Assembly: GCA_903873475.1 (NCBI GenBank)
Contig: CAIQON010000108.1
Span: 1,064 to 65,063 of the forward strand
Direction: 5' to 3'
DNA from: an uncultured bacterium
GTDB lineage: Bacteria > Pseudomonadota > Gammaproteobacteria > Burkholderiales > CAIKXV01
DNA: 64,000 bases
The notes under the pieces are model-generated. The model was not told the origin of the DNA. It worked only from the letters and a program-made list of their open reading frames with translations, and did not search any database. The translations under genes and the position numbers were made by a program. Shown here one piece after another: positions 1 to 8,598 of this stretch (position 1 is its first letter; each line of letters opens with the position of its first letter).

Positions 1-495
1 GGCGAGTCGCGCCGGCCGTCGAGCGCCGGCGTGATCCAGCTCGGCGAGCTGCTCGAAGCTGGCGTGAAGACCAGCCTGTCGATCGACCACACCGGCACCT
101 ACAGCGTCGACTACTTCAACTGCATGCGGCTGCTCTACAACCTGCACCAGCACCGGATCGGGCCGAAGTTCCGCCTGACCGCGCGCCGGCTGGTGCAGCT
201 CGCGACGCTCGACGGTGCGATCGACCTCGGCATCGCCGACCGCACCGGCTCTCTCACACCGGGCAAACGAGCCGACCTGATCCTGGTGCGTACCCGCGAC
301 GTCAACATCGCGCCCTCGGGCGATCCGTACGAGGCACTGGTGTCGTTCGCGCAGCCGCGCAACATCGATACCGTGATCGCTGACGGACGAGTGCTCTGGC
401 GCGGCGGCCGGTTCACGGCGCTCGACCACGGACGGGTGCTGGAGGAAGCGGAGCAGGCGTCGGTCGCGGTGCGGGCACGGGCGAAGTGGGGGTGA
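1..495 (+). CDS. Metal-dependent amidohydrolase (deaminase-like), C-terminal fragment; 5' end outside window
   Basis: The frame is open from nt 1 with no stop in 1-30. The translation (...TGSLTPGKRADLILV...IDTVIADGRVLWRGG...) resembles the C-terminal barrel/beta-sandwich part of the amidohydrolase superfamily. Stop TGA at 493-495. Confidence 0.65.
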   Translation, partial: GESRRPSSAGVIQLGELLEAGVKTSLSIDHTGTYSVDYFNCMRLLYNLHQHRIGPKFRLTARRLVQLATLDGAIDLGIADRTGSLTPGKRADLILVRTRDVNIAPSGDPYEALVSFAQPRNIDTVIADGRVLWRGGRFTALDHGRVLEEAEQASVAVRARAKWG

Positions 496-497
496 GG

Positions 498-626
498 AAA
501 CCCGGGTCAGACACGCATTCCGCGCTGATCTGGCACGACCGTTTGCACCTGGGGTCTGACCCCATCCAGACCCCAGGGTCTGCCCCAGTCCGGTCCGGCA
601 CGCTAACCCGTGTCTGACCCGGGTTT
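498..626. repeat. REP-like nested palindromic intergenic element (possible bidirectional terminator)
   Basis: Perfect 18-bp inverted repeat AAACCCGGGTCAGACACG (498-515) / CGTGTCTGACCCGGGTTT (609-626). It encloses further copies of the core GGGTCTGAC/CAGACCC at 551-563 and 567-582. It sits exactly between two convergent stop codons (495 and 632). Confidence 0.6.
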
Positions 627-631
627 TGGGA

Positions 632-1918
632 TCAGCCAGCCGCGAGCATCCGCTCGACCCACGCGGCAGCCCGCATCAACCCTGCATCGTTCCCGGCCGC
701 CGCGATCAGCTGCACGCCCAGCGGCAATCCGCCCGGCCCCTTGCCTGCCGGCACGGTGATGCACGGCAGCCCGAGCTGTGTCCACATCAGCCCGAAGGTC
801 GGCTCGCCGGTGCCCTCGATGCCCGGCGCCTCGCCCTGCGTACTCGGTGCCAGCATGATGTCGCAGGCGTCGAAGTACCGGGCCATCAGCGCCATGCAAT
901 GACGGGTGTCGGCCTGGGCCGCCTCGTAGGCGGCGCGGGTCACCGTGCCGCCGGCAGCCAGCCGCGCGGTGAGGCTGGGCGAGATCAGTCCGGGATGCCG
1001 GGTGCGCTCGTGGGTCAGCGCGCGGTAGAACTCGTAGGAGCTGAACGCGATCTGGATCTCGTTCATCCGGTCGAACGCTGGCTCCAGCGACACCGCCGAA
1101 ACCTTCGCGCCGGCCGCGGCAAACCGCGCCGCAGACGACTCGATCAGCGCCTGCGTCGCCGCATCCGCCTTGTCCCACCAGGGCGTACGGCAGAGGCCGA
1201 TACGCGGCGCAACCAAAGTCGGCGTCGCATCCAGCGAAAGCCCGGTCAGCCCCTCGGTCAGCAGCGCTGCGTCGGCCACGGTGCGCGACAGCACGCCCAG
1301 CGTATCGAGCGACTCGGACAGGAACTTCAGCCCCGCCCGGTTGATCAGCCCGAACGTCGGCTTGTAGCCGACCGCGCCGCAATACGCCGCCGGCCGGATG
1401 ATCGACGATGAGGTCTGCGTCCCCAGCGCCAGCGGCACCATGCAGTCGGCCACCGATGCCCCCGACCCGCTCGACGACCCGCCCGGCGTATGCAGCGGCG
1501 AATGCGGATTGCGCGTCTTGTTGGGATGCCGCGTCGCGAACTCGGTCGACACCGTCTTGCCGAGGATCACGCCGCCCAGTTCACGGATCAGCGACACGCA
1601 GGCCGCATCGGCCGCCGGACGATGCCCTGCATAGATCGGTGAACCGTACTGCGTCGGCATGTCGTACGTGTCGATCACGTCCTTGATGCCGACCGGGATG
1701 CCATGCAGCGGCGAGCGCACGCCGTCCTTCGCCCGCTCCGCATCAGCGGCACGCGCCTGCGCAAGCGCAATCGCCGGGTCGATGAACGCCCACGCCTGTA
1801 CCGCATCCTCGCGCTGCGCGATCCGTTCCAGGCAGGCCGAGACCAGCGCCTCCGAAGTGAGCGTGCCGTTCGCGATCGCCCGTGATGCCTGTACCGCCGT
1901 GAGTTCGTTCGCCTTCAT
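632..1918 (-). CDS. Amidase (amidase-signature family, GatA-like)
   Basis: Amidase signature GGSSSGSGASVA and KDVIDT... motifs. ATG at 1918 lies one nt after the upstream Bug stop; an alternative GTG at 1927 overlaps it. Confidence 0.85.
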   Translation of the reverse strand: MKANELTAVQASRAIANGTLTSEALVSACLERIAQREDAVQAWAFIDPAIALAQARAADAERAKDGVRSPLHGIPVGIKDVIDTYDMPTQYGSPIYAGHRPAADAACVSLIRELGGVILGKTVSTEFATRHPNKTRNPHSPLHTPGGSSSGSGASVADCMVPLALGTQTSSSIIRPAAYCGAVGYKPTFGLINRAGLKFLSESLDTLGVLSRTVADAALLTEGLTGLSLDATPTLVAPRIGLCRTPWWDKADAATQALIESSAARFAAAGAKVSAVSLEPAFDRMNEIQIAFSSYEFYRALTHERTRHPGLISPSLTARLAAGGTVTRAAYEAAQADTRHCMALMARYFDACDIMLAPSTQGEAPGIEGTGEPTFGLMWTQLGLPCITVPAGKGPGGLPLGVQLIAAAGNDAGLMRAAAWVERMLAAG

Positions 1919-1919
1919 C

Positions 1920-2897
1920 TCATTCACCAGTGATGTTCGCTGCCTTGATGACCCTGGCCCACTTCACCGTCTCGCTCTCCATCAGCTTCGCGAACTCGGC
2001 GATGGAACGACGCGACGGGTCGATGCCCTGCTCGTCCATGCGCTTCAGCATGTCTGGCGACTCGAGCGAGGTGTTGACTGCCGCATGCATCTGCGCGACC
2101 AGGTTCGCCGGCGTGGTGCGCGGGGCGAACAGACCGAACCAGATATAGGTCTCGTATCCGGGCAACCCAGACTCGTTGATCGTCGGCACATCGGGCAGCA
2201 ACGGGTTGCGCTTCGGCCCGCCGACCGCGATCGCACGCAGCCGCCCTGCGCGCACCTGGCCCAGAACCGAGGGCAGCGACCCGATCTGCACCTGCGTATT
2301 GCCCGCCGAGGTATCGGCCACCGCCGGACCGGCACCCTTGAACGGCACGTGGGCCATGTCCACGCCGGCCATCATCTTGAACAGCTCGGTATTCAGGTGC
2401 GGGAAGCCACCGATGCCCGACGACGAATAGTTCAGTGAACCCGGCTTGCGCTTGGCGAGTGCGACCAGGTCCTTCACGTTCTTCACCGGCAGGCTCGGAT
2501 GCACGACCAGCGCGCTGTCGCCGAATCCGAGCAGCGCCACCGGGGCGAAGCTGTTCACCAGGTCGATCTTCGCCTTGTTGATGATGAAGCCGTAGCCGGT
2601 CGAGGTGAGCATGAAGTTGTGGCCGTCGGGCGGCATCGCGGCGGAGAACTCCATGCCGACGATCGAGCCTGCACCGGCACGGTTCTCGATCACCACTGTC
2701 TGGCCGAGCCGCTTGCCGAGGTCCGCCCCCAGCAGCCGGGCGACGATGTCGGTGCTGCCGCCCGGGGCCCAGGGCACGACGATGCGCAGCGGCTTGTCCG
2801 GCCAGGCGGCCGCGGTCCAGCCGAGGGTCGGTGACAACAGTGCGGTGGCAGCCAGTATCGAAGCCGGCAGGCCGGCACGCAGCGAAACTTTTTTCAT
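1920..2897 (-). CDS. Bug/TctC-family tripartite tricarboxylate transporter substrate-binding protein
   Basis: Signal peptide followed by AWPDKPLRIVVPWAPGGSTD, the hallmark Bug N-terminus. ATG at 2897 with GGAG upstream. The 436-aa track ORF (to 3230) is an Arg-rich over-extension. Confidence 0.9.
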   Translation of the reverse strand: MKKVSLRAGLPASILAATALLSPTLGWTAAAWPDKPLRIVVPWAPGGSTDIVARLLGADLGKRLGQTVVIENRAGAGSIVGMEFSAAMPPDGHNFMLTSTGYGFIINKAKIDLVNSFAPVALLGFGDSALVVHPSLPVKNVKDLVALAKRKPGSLNYSSSGIGGFPHLNTELFKMMAGVDMAHVPFKGAGPAVADTSAGNTQVQIGSLPSVLGQVRAGRLRAIAVGGPKRNPLLPDVPTINESGLPGYETYIWFGLFAPRTTPANLVAQMHAAVNTSLESPDMLKRMDEQGIDPSRRSIAEFAKLMESETVKWARVIKAANITGE

Positions 2898-2952
2898 CAC
2901 TTCTCCAGGAGACAAGATGCAGTGGATGGCCTGCGGGGAAAGCAGGCGCCGA

Positions 2953-4350
2953 TCAGGCCTGCAGCACCGGTTGGCGCTTCGTCCAGCCGGTCGCAGCCTC
3001 GTAGGCCTGCGCCACCCGATAGATCGTCGCCTCGCCGAACGGCCGGCCGACGACCTGCATCCCCAGCGGCAAGCCGCTGGCACTGAAGCCGGTGGGCAGC
3101 GCGAGCGCCGGGTTGCCGGTGAGGTTGAACGGCGCCCGTGCCTGCCGCGCATACGTGTACTCGACCTGCTTCGGATCGTCGATCCGGCAGGCCGGGTCGT
3201 GCGCACTCGCGGTGACCACCACGTCGACATCGTCGAACAGGCTGTTGAAGGCGGCGGTCATCTTCAAGCGCATGCGCGAGGCGTTCACATACTCGGCCGC
3301 GGTGACGAACGCACCCGGGAACAGGCGCTCGCGGGTGAGGTCACCGTAGTCCTGCGGGCGCTCGCGAAGCCAGCGCTCGTGCACCGCATAGGCTTCCGAC
3401 ACCAGCAGCGTGCGGTTGCAGGCGGCGAACTGCTGCAGCGGTAGCGTCTCCACCTCGCGCACCACCGCGCCCAGCGACTCGAGCTGCGACAGCGCCTGTT
3501 CGATCGATGCGCTCATCTCGGCATCGGCGACCAGGTCGCGGGTGTAGAAGTGGCGCACCACGCCGATACGCAGGCCCTCGACGCCACGGTCGAGCAGCGA
3601 CGTGCAGTCGCCACCCGCGCGCGGCACGCTGCCCGGGTCGTGCGGATCATGCCCGGCGATCAGGTCGAGCACGATCGCGTTGTCGCGCACCGTACGGGTG
3701 AGCGGCCCTACATGGTCGAGCGAATACGCGAGCGGGAATACCCCGCGCCGGCTCACGTAGCCGTAGGTCGGCTTCATGCCGGTCACGCCGCACATCGACG
3801 CCGGGTTACGGATCGAGCCGCCAGTGTCGGTACCGATCGCCACCGGCACGAAGCCGGCCGCGGTCGCACTGCCGGAACCGCTGGACGAGCCCCCGCAGAA
3901 ATGATCGCGGTTCCACGGGTTGCGCGCCGGCGGCCAGGGCAGGTCGAAGCACGGACCACCGATCGCGAACTCGTGGGTGGACAGCTTGCCCATGAACACG
4001 CCGCCGGCCGCGCGCAGCTTGCGCGTGACGAAGGCATCGGTGGCCGCCGTGCTGTCCTTCAGGATCGCCGAATGCCCGGTGGTGGGCAGCCCGGCGTAGT
4101 CGACGATATCCTTCAGCCCGTAGGGCACGCCATGCAGCGGGCCGCGCCAGCCGCCGGCCATGATCTCGCTCTCGGCGCGCTGCGCATCGGCAAGCGCGAT
4201 CTCCGGCGTGAAGCGCAGGAAGGCGTTCAGCTTGCCGTCATGGCCCTCGGTGTGTTCGACCAGCGCACGGGTGTACTCCACCGGCGACAGCTTGCGGTCT
4301 CGGATCAGCGTGGAGGCTTCGGACAGGGACAGGGTATGCAGGTCGCTCAT
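2953..4350 (-). CDS. Amidase (amidase-signature family)
   Basis: GGSSSGSGSATAAG signature and LKDIVDYAG motif. ATG at 4350 is preceded by AGGGGGA. Confidence 0.9.
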   Translation of the reverse strand: MSDLHTLSLSEASTLIRDRKLSPVEYTRALVEHTEGHDGKLNAFLRFTPEIALADAQRAESEIMAGGWRGPLHGVPYGLKDIVDYAGLPTTGHSAILKDSTAATDAFVTRKLRAAGGVFMGKLSTHEFAIGGPCFDLPWPPARNPWNRDHFCGGSSSGSGSATAAGFVPVAIGTDTGGSIRNPASMCGVTGMKPTYGYVSRRGVFPLAYSLDHVGPLTRTVRDNAIVLDLIAGHDPHDPGSVPRAGGDCTSLLDRGVEGLRIGVVRHFYTRDLVADAEMSASIEQALSQLESLGAVVREVETLPLQQFAACNRTLLVSEAYAVHERWLRERPQDYGDLTRERLFPGAFVTAAEYVNASRMRLKMTAAFNSLFDDVDVVVTASAHDPACRIDDPKQVEYTYARQARAPFNLTGNPALALPTGFSASGLPLGMQVVGRPFGEATIYRVAQAYEAATGWTKRQPVLQA

Positions 4351-4364
4351 CGCAGGTATCCCCC

Positions 4365-4574
4365 TCAGGCGAGCCGGTAGACATGGGCTGGCTCGTCCGC
4401 CGCCACCAGCGAGCGGGTGTCGAGTACCGAACGGCGCGACTGCGCCACCTGCGCGGCCTTCATGAACTGGCGCAGATCCGCGTCGGTCAGCTTGTCGAGG
4501 CCGAGGGCCTTGGCCTGCGCCCGGATGTCGTCCGGGATCGGTTTATCTTCTGCCACGGCGGCGTCCCCTCTCAT
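4365..4574 (-). CDS. Small AtzG/DUF4089-like (GatC-like) putative amidase partner protein
   Basis: A 69-aa ORF ending 14 nt upstream of the amidase start. Its C-terminal ...DEPAHVYRLA resembles the EPAPVF tail I recall for DUF4089/AtzG-like proteins. The start is uncertain (ATG 4574 has no RBS; in-frame GTG at 4556 follows GAGAGGGGA). Confidence 0.5.
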   Translation of the reverse strand: MRGDAAVAEDKPIPDDIRAQAKALGLDKLTDADLRQFMKAAQVAQSRRSVLDTRSLVAADEPAHVYRLA

Positions 4575-4752
4575 CAGGAAAGAGCCAGTCTAGCAAATGC
4601 ACGCCGACGTCCTTCGGGCGACAACGGAAGAAAGGGGCTGAAAGGGGGCTGCCGGAGGCCCGTGGATAGCCGGTATGATCTGGTTCCCTTGCTGCATCGA
4701 TGAGGCGGCCCGTGCATCGAGACGCCGTCCGCGCCCCCAGGAGGAAATCACC

Positions 4753-5724
4753 ATGAACACCCGCCGCAGCCTTGTCCGGATGTCCGCCGCCCTGCTCGCC
4801 GCAGGCGCGCTGTCCACCCCGGTGCTGGCCCAGCAATTCCCGGCCAAGCCGATCCGCACGATCATCCCGTTCACCCCCGGCTCGACCACCGACGTGATCG
4901 GCCGCATCGTCGCCGAAGGCCTTTCCGCCTCGCTCGGGCAGCCGATCATCATCGAGAACCGCAGCGGTGCCGGCGGTTCCGTCGGTTCGGCGGTAGTCGC
5001 CCGCGCCGACGCCGACGGCTACACCTGGCTGATGAATGCCGCGGCGCACTCGGCCTCGCTGGCCGCCTTCCCGAACGCGCCCTACCATCCCGGCAACGAC
5101 TTCGCCGGCGTTGCCGTGTTCGGCGTGGTGCCGAACGTGCTGGTGATCTCGCCCGAAAAGGGGCTGAAGACGGTGAAGGCGCTGATGGACGCCGCACGGA
5201 AGAACGACATGACCTTCGCCTCGGCCGGCATCGGCAGCGCCACCCACTGGGCCGCCGAGCGGCTGCTGCTGTCTGCCGGCATCAAGGCTACGCACGTGCC
5301 GTTCAAGGGCGGGCCCGAGGCGCTGGCGGACGTCGCCGCCGGCCGCGTCGACTTCCTTTCGATCGGCACCTCTTCCGGGCTGCCGTTCATCAAGTCCGGC
5401 CGCCTGATCCCGCTGGCGGTCAGCACCCGAAGCCGGTCGAGCGTGTTCCCCGACGTGCCGACCACGATCGAAGCCGGCTTCGCCGACAGCGACTACACCT
5501 TCTGGAACGGCCTGCTGCTGCCGGTGAAGACGCCGCGCGCGCTGATCGACCGGCTGCATGCCGAGACGATGGCTGTGCTGAAGCAGCCCGCGGTGATGGA
5601 GCGGCTGGTGAAGATCGGCCTCGAGCCGATGCCGATGGCGCCGAAAGAATTCGATGCGCTGATCGCGGCCGAGATCAAGGCCAACCTCGCGATCGTGAAG
5701 GCGGCGGGATTGAAGTTCAACTGA
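4753..5724 (+). CDS. Bug/TctC-family substrate-binding protein
   Basis: Signal peptide plus QFPAKPIRTIIPFTPGSTTD. ATG at 4753 is preceded by AGGAGGA; the track ORF start at 4675 is an over-extension. Confidence 0.9.
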   Translation: MNTRRSLVRMSAALLAAGALSTPVLAQQFPAKPIRTIIPFTPGSTTDVIGRIVAEGLSASLGQPIIIENRSGAGGSVGSAVVARADADGYTWLMNAAAHSASLAAFPNAPYHPGNDFAGVAVFGVVPNVLVISPEKGLKTVKALMDAARKNDMTFASAGIGSATHWAAERLLLSAGIKATHVPFKGGPEALADVAAGRVDFLSIGTSSGLPFIKSGRLIPLAVSTRSRSSVFPDVPTTIEAGFADSDYTFWNGLLLPVKTPRALIDRLHAETMAVLKQPAVMERLVKIGLEPMPMAPKEFDALIAAEIKANLAIVKAAGLKFN

Positions 5725-5732
5725 GGCAGGGA

Positions 5733-6737
5733 TTGCCCGCCATCGCGAACCACTGGTTCGCGATCCTGTGTGCGTCGGCGTTACTGGTCGGTTGCGAGCG
5801 CAGCACCACACCTTCGCCATCGCAAGCGAACGTGCCGCCACCGTCGGTCAACGACGTCGTCGGACAGCTCGAGGGGCGCCACTGCCGGTTCGCCGTCGAG
5901 CCGCTGGACGCATGCGCGCCGAGGCCGGTTCGAGGGCCCCTCGATTGGGCCTTCACGCGACACGAGGACCGTTGGACCTGCCCGACGGGCGCCGCGCGGT
6001 GCCTCGGCAAGATGGGGCCTTCCGCACGCCCCGCCGTTCCTGCGCTCATCAAGGCCCTGGCCTCGGGCATCAAGGACCATGACACGGGCGACGGCGTGAT
6101 CCCGGTGCGCTCGTCCATCATCGAGGCGCTCGGCCGCACGGGCGACAGGCTCGCAGTCGATCCCGTTGCCGACCTGCTGCCCAATGCGCCCGATGCATAT
6201 GCCGCCCTGGAGGCGCTTGCCGCGCTTGGTCCGCCGGCGGCACGCCGCGCCCAAGACGTGGCGAAGTTCCTCGAGGCCCGTATCGCCGACGAGGAGGGAC
6301 GACAGGCCCGTTGCACGCGCGCAGTGCAGCAGTTCGAGTACCTGCTCGCGAACGACGCAGTCGTCGAACGTCTCCAGCGTGAGCATCCGACACGGACACG
6401 CTTCCTCATATCGCCTCAAGAGCATGCGAGCGCGCTCGCGACGCTCGACCGCACGACGCAGCGCTATCGAGAGGACCGCGAAGGCCGTTGCCGCGATCTC
6501 GTCGGCGAAGCTGCCGTCCAGGCACTGGCGGCGATGCAGTGCGAGGCGTGCCTCGCGACGGTCGTGGCGGCGCTTGCCACACCCGACATCGCGCTGCAGG
6601 CCGCATGGGCCCTTCGTGCACAGCCAGCGTTGCCACAGGGTGCGGAGGGGGCGCTCAGGGACGTGCTTGCATCGCCGATTCATGGGCCACTGGCGAAGCA
6701 GGCAGCGAGGCAAGTACTGGACGGGATCGGCCGATGA
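5733..6737 (+). CDS. Putative lipoprotein with HEAT/PBS-lyase-like repeats
   Basis: TTG start 8 nt after the Bug stop with GAGG upstream. Lipobox LLVGC. Repeated helical units (PAVPALIKAL..., AVDPVADLL..., ALEALAALGPPA...) are typical of HEAT-like repeats. Confidence 0.5.
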   Translation: MPAIANHWFAILCASALLVGCERSTTPSPSQANVPPPSVNDVVGQLEGRHCRFAVEPLDACAPRPVRGPLDWAFTRHEDRWTCPTGAARCLGKMGPSARPAVPALIKALASGIKDHDTGDGVIPVRSSIIEALGRTGDRLAVDPVADLLPNAPDAYAALEALAALGPPAARRAQDVAKFLEARIADEEGRQARCTRAVQQFEYLLANDAVVERLQREHPTRTRFLISPQEHASALATLDRTTQRYREDREGRCRDLVGEAAVQALAAMQCEACLATVVAALATPDIALQAAWALRAQPALPQGAEGALRDVLASPIHGPLAKQAARQVLDGIGR

Positions 6738-7091
6738 TTCGTGCACAACGGCCTTTCCCCAGCGCCTGTATACCTGATGACCAGGACTTCCTGATCGTTT
6801 CAGGATTCGTTTCATTTATAGTCTATCAAGAGCTGTAGTTCGTTCAATATCAATGACTTGAGCGTTTACTGATCGTTTCATGGATGTCGAGCCGCTCCTG
6901 CGACTGCTCAGTGCTGCCGATGCCATCGGAGCAGGACCGGTGGCGGTCGGCGGCGCGGGCAGCCGTCGCGTTCTGGACAGTCGCGGAAGAGGATGAGCGG
7001 ATCAGTCCGGATTTCCGCGGGGTTTGCCGTGCAACGGCCATGAAGATTGCGCGGATCCTGGATCAGCCATAAGGTGGCCGGGCGAAGGAGC

Positions 7092-7784
7092 ATGACGATG
7101 GACGATCAGGACACGGGCATCTGGGCGCTGTGGTACGACCTCGCCGAGGAGACGCGAGACGCGTACTGCGACTGGTTCCACCACGTCCACATCCCGGAGA
7201 AGCTCGCGCGGCCGGGATACCGCTGGGCGGCACACTACCGGCTCGGCCACGGCGGACGCGGCCAGGGGTGGCTGGCGCTGTTCGGCGGCGAGTCGGCGCA
7301 CACCTTCCTCGCCCCGCCGCCTTCAGAGCTCGCCACCCGGCAGAGCGAGCTGACGCGACGCCACATGGCGATGCGCCGGCCGCTGGGCTCGGCGATCTTC
7401 GCGCAGGAGGTGCGCGTCGACGGACCGGAAGCCAGGCATCGCGACCCGCGCGCTTCGGCCCCGGTCGTGCAGTTCGGCCATTACGACGCCCCCGACGCGG
7501 CCACCGACGAGGCGATCGGCAGCTTCTACGCGCAGCAGCGCTTCCCGCTGCTCGCGCGGCTGCCCGGCGTGGTGGCCACGCGCAAGCTGCTCGCGAGCGT
7601 CGGTGGCTGGCGCCACGGCGTCATGTACGAGTTCACCTCGCTCGCCGAGCGCGAATACCACTACGAGCCGCTGGAAGCCGAGGCGCGCGACCCGTCGACG
7701 CGCATGGGACAGGTCGTGCCCAGGCTGCGGCACGCGCCGTTCTCGCCCGCGGTCGGCGTGCGTGCATGGCCGCCCGTCGGCTAA
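7092..7784 (+). CDS. Hypothetical protein, two similar halves (possibly tandem ferredoxin-like/EthD-like domains)
   Basis: ATG at 7092 preceded by GAAGGAG. High-GC3 coding signal throughout. I recognised no confident family motif. Confidence 0.45.
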   Translation: MTMDDQDTGIWALWYDLAEETRDAYCDWFHHVHIPEKLARPGYRWAAHYRLGHGGRGQGWLALFGGESAHTFLAPPPSELATRQSELTRRHMAMRRPLGSAIFAQEVRVDGPEARHRDPRASAPVVQFGHYDAPDAATDEAIGSFYAQQRFPLLARLPGVVATRKLLASVGGWRHGVMYEFTSLAEREYHYEPLEAEARDPSTRMGQVVPRLRHAPFSPAVGVRAWPPVG

Positions 7785-7793
7785 GCTCCGCGC

Positions 7794-8591
7794 TCAGTCG
7801 CCGCTCAGGAACCCCAGCACCGCCTCCGCACACGCCTGCGCATCGCTCGCCGCCACGTGGTACGACTTCCCCGGCAACACCAGCAACCGTGAGTTGGATA
7901 TCTGCGCCTGCCACGCCCGCGTCCGCTCCACCGTCCCCAGCCCGCTCTCCTCGGTGGTGATCACCAGCGTCGGGCACTGGATCTTGGGCAGGTCCGCGCG
8001 GATGTCGGCGTAGTTGATCCCCCGGTTGAACCCGACCAGCGACGACACCGGCGCACGTCCCATGAACTGCGTCCACCACTCGACGCCCTCGGGCGGGAAG
8101 TGTTCACCGAGCCGACCGTCCATCGTCCGCCGTGCCCAGTGCTCGGCGCCCTTCGTCTCGAACTCCTCGATCAGCGCAGGCACCTTCTCGACGCCGGGCC
8201 GCAGCGCCTGCGGCGTGCCCACCACCACCATCGACTTCACTCGATCCGGCCGGCGTGCGGCGAACGCGCGTGCGATCGTGCCGCCGATCTTGGCCGCGAC
8301 GAGGTGGAAGCGTTCGATCTGCAGATGGTCCATCAGCTGGCAGTAATCGTCGATCAGCGCGTCCAGCGTCCACTCATATTCGCGCGGCATCGGCGTCGAT
8401 CGGCCGTAGCCGCGCATGTCCGGGCGCACCACCTTCAGGTGGCGCGCCAGCACCGGCACCCAGGCATACCAGGCGAGCGAGCTCTCGGCGTTGCCGTGGA
8501 GCATCAGCACCGTCTCGGCGTCGGTCCACGGATCGGTGAAATCGTCGAGCTGGTAGAACAGGTCGCAGTCGGGCAGCTTCAGCGTCGGCAT
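7794..8591 (-). CDS. Alpha/beta-hydrolase-fold protein with atypical nucleophile elbow (AAKIGG)
   Basis: N-terminus LFYQLDDFTDPW...VLMLHG...RPDMRGYGRS aligns with four paralogs in the window. The GxSxG position reads A-A-K-I-G, with the Lys codon at 8289-8291. Confidence 0.8.
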   Translation of the reverse strand: MPTLKLPDCDLFYQLDDFTDPWTDAETVLMLHGNAESSLAWYAWVPVLARHLKVVRPDMRGYGRSTPMPREYEWTLDALIDDYCQLMDHLQIERFHLVAAKIGGTIARAFAARRPDRVKSMVVVGTPQALRPGVEKVPALIEEFETKGAEHWARRTMDGRLGEHFPPEGVEWWTQFMGRAPVSSLVGFNRGINYADIRADLPKIQCPTLVITTEESGLGTVERTRAWQAQISNSRLLVLPGKSYHVAASDAQACAEAVLGFLSGD

Positions 8592-8598
8592 GGTCGGT

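Noticed and set aside
603-1411. Track ORFs 603-1382 (-) and 626-1411 (+), 259-261 aa
   Set aside because: They are out of frame with or antisense to the amidase gene, which has a clear amidase signature. Their translations are Arg/Gly/Ala/Pro-rich with no motifs, the typical shadow ORFs of high-GC DNA.
4543-5841. 432-aa ORF on the minus strand across the Bug gene at 4753-5724
   Set aside because: It is antisense to a motif-supported Bug gene, and its translation is Arg/Gly-rich low complexity. I applied the same reasoning to 8579-10129 (-), 8590-10089 (+), 14264-15775 (+), 14325-15665 (-), 15532-17025 (+), 15725-16909 (-) and 16788-17627 (-).
6880-7072. Small ORFs in the AT-rich/intergenic stretch (62 aa at 6884-7072; a 38-codon ORF from ATG 6880)
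   Set aside because: They have no RBS, no recognisable motif and mixed codon signal. They may be remnants, and there is not enough evidence to call a gene.
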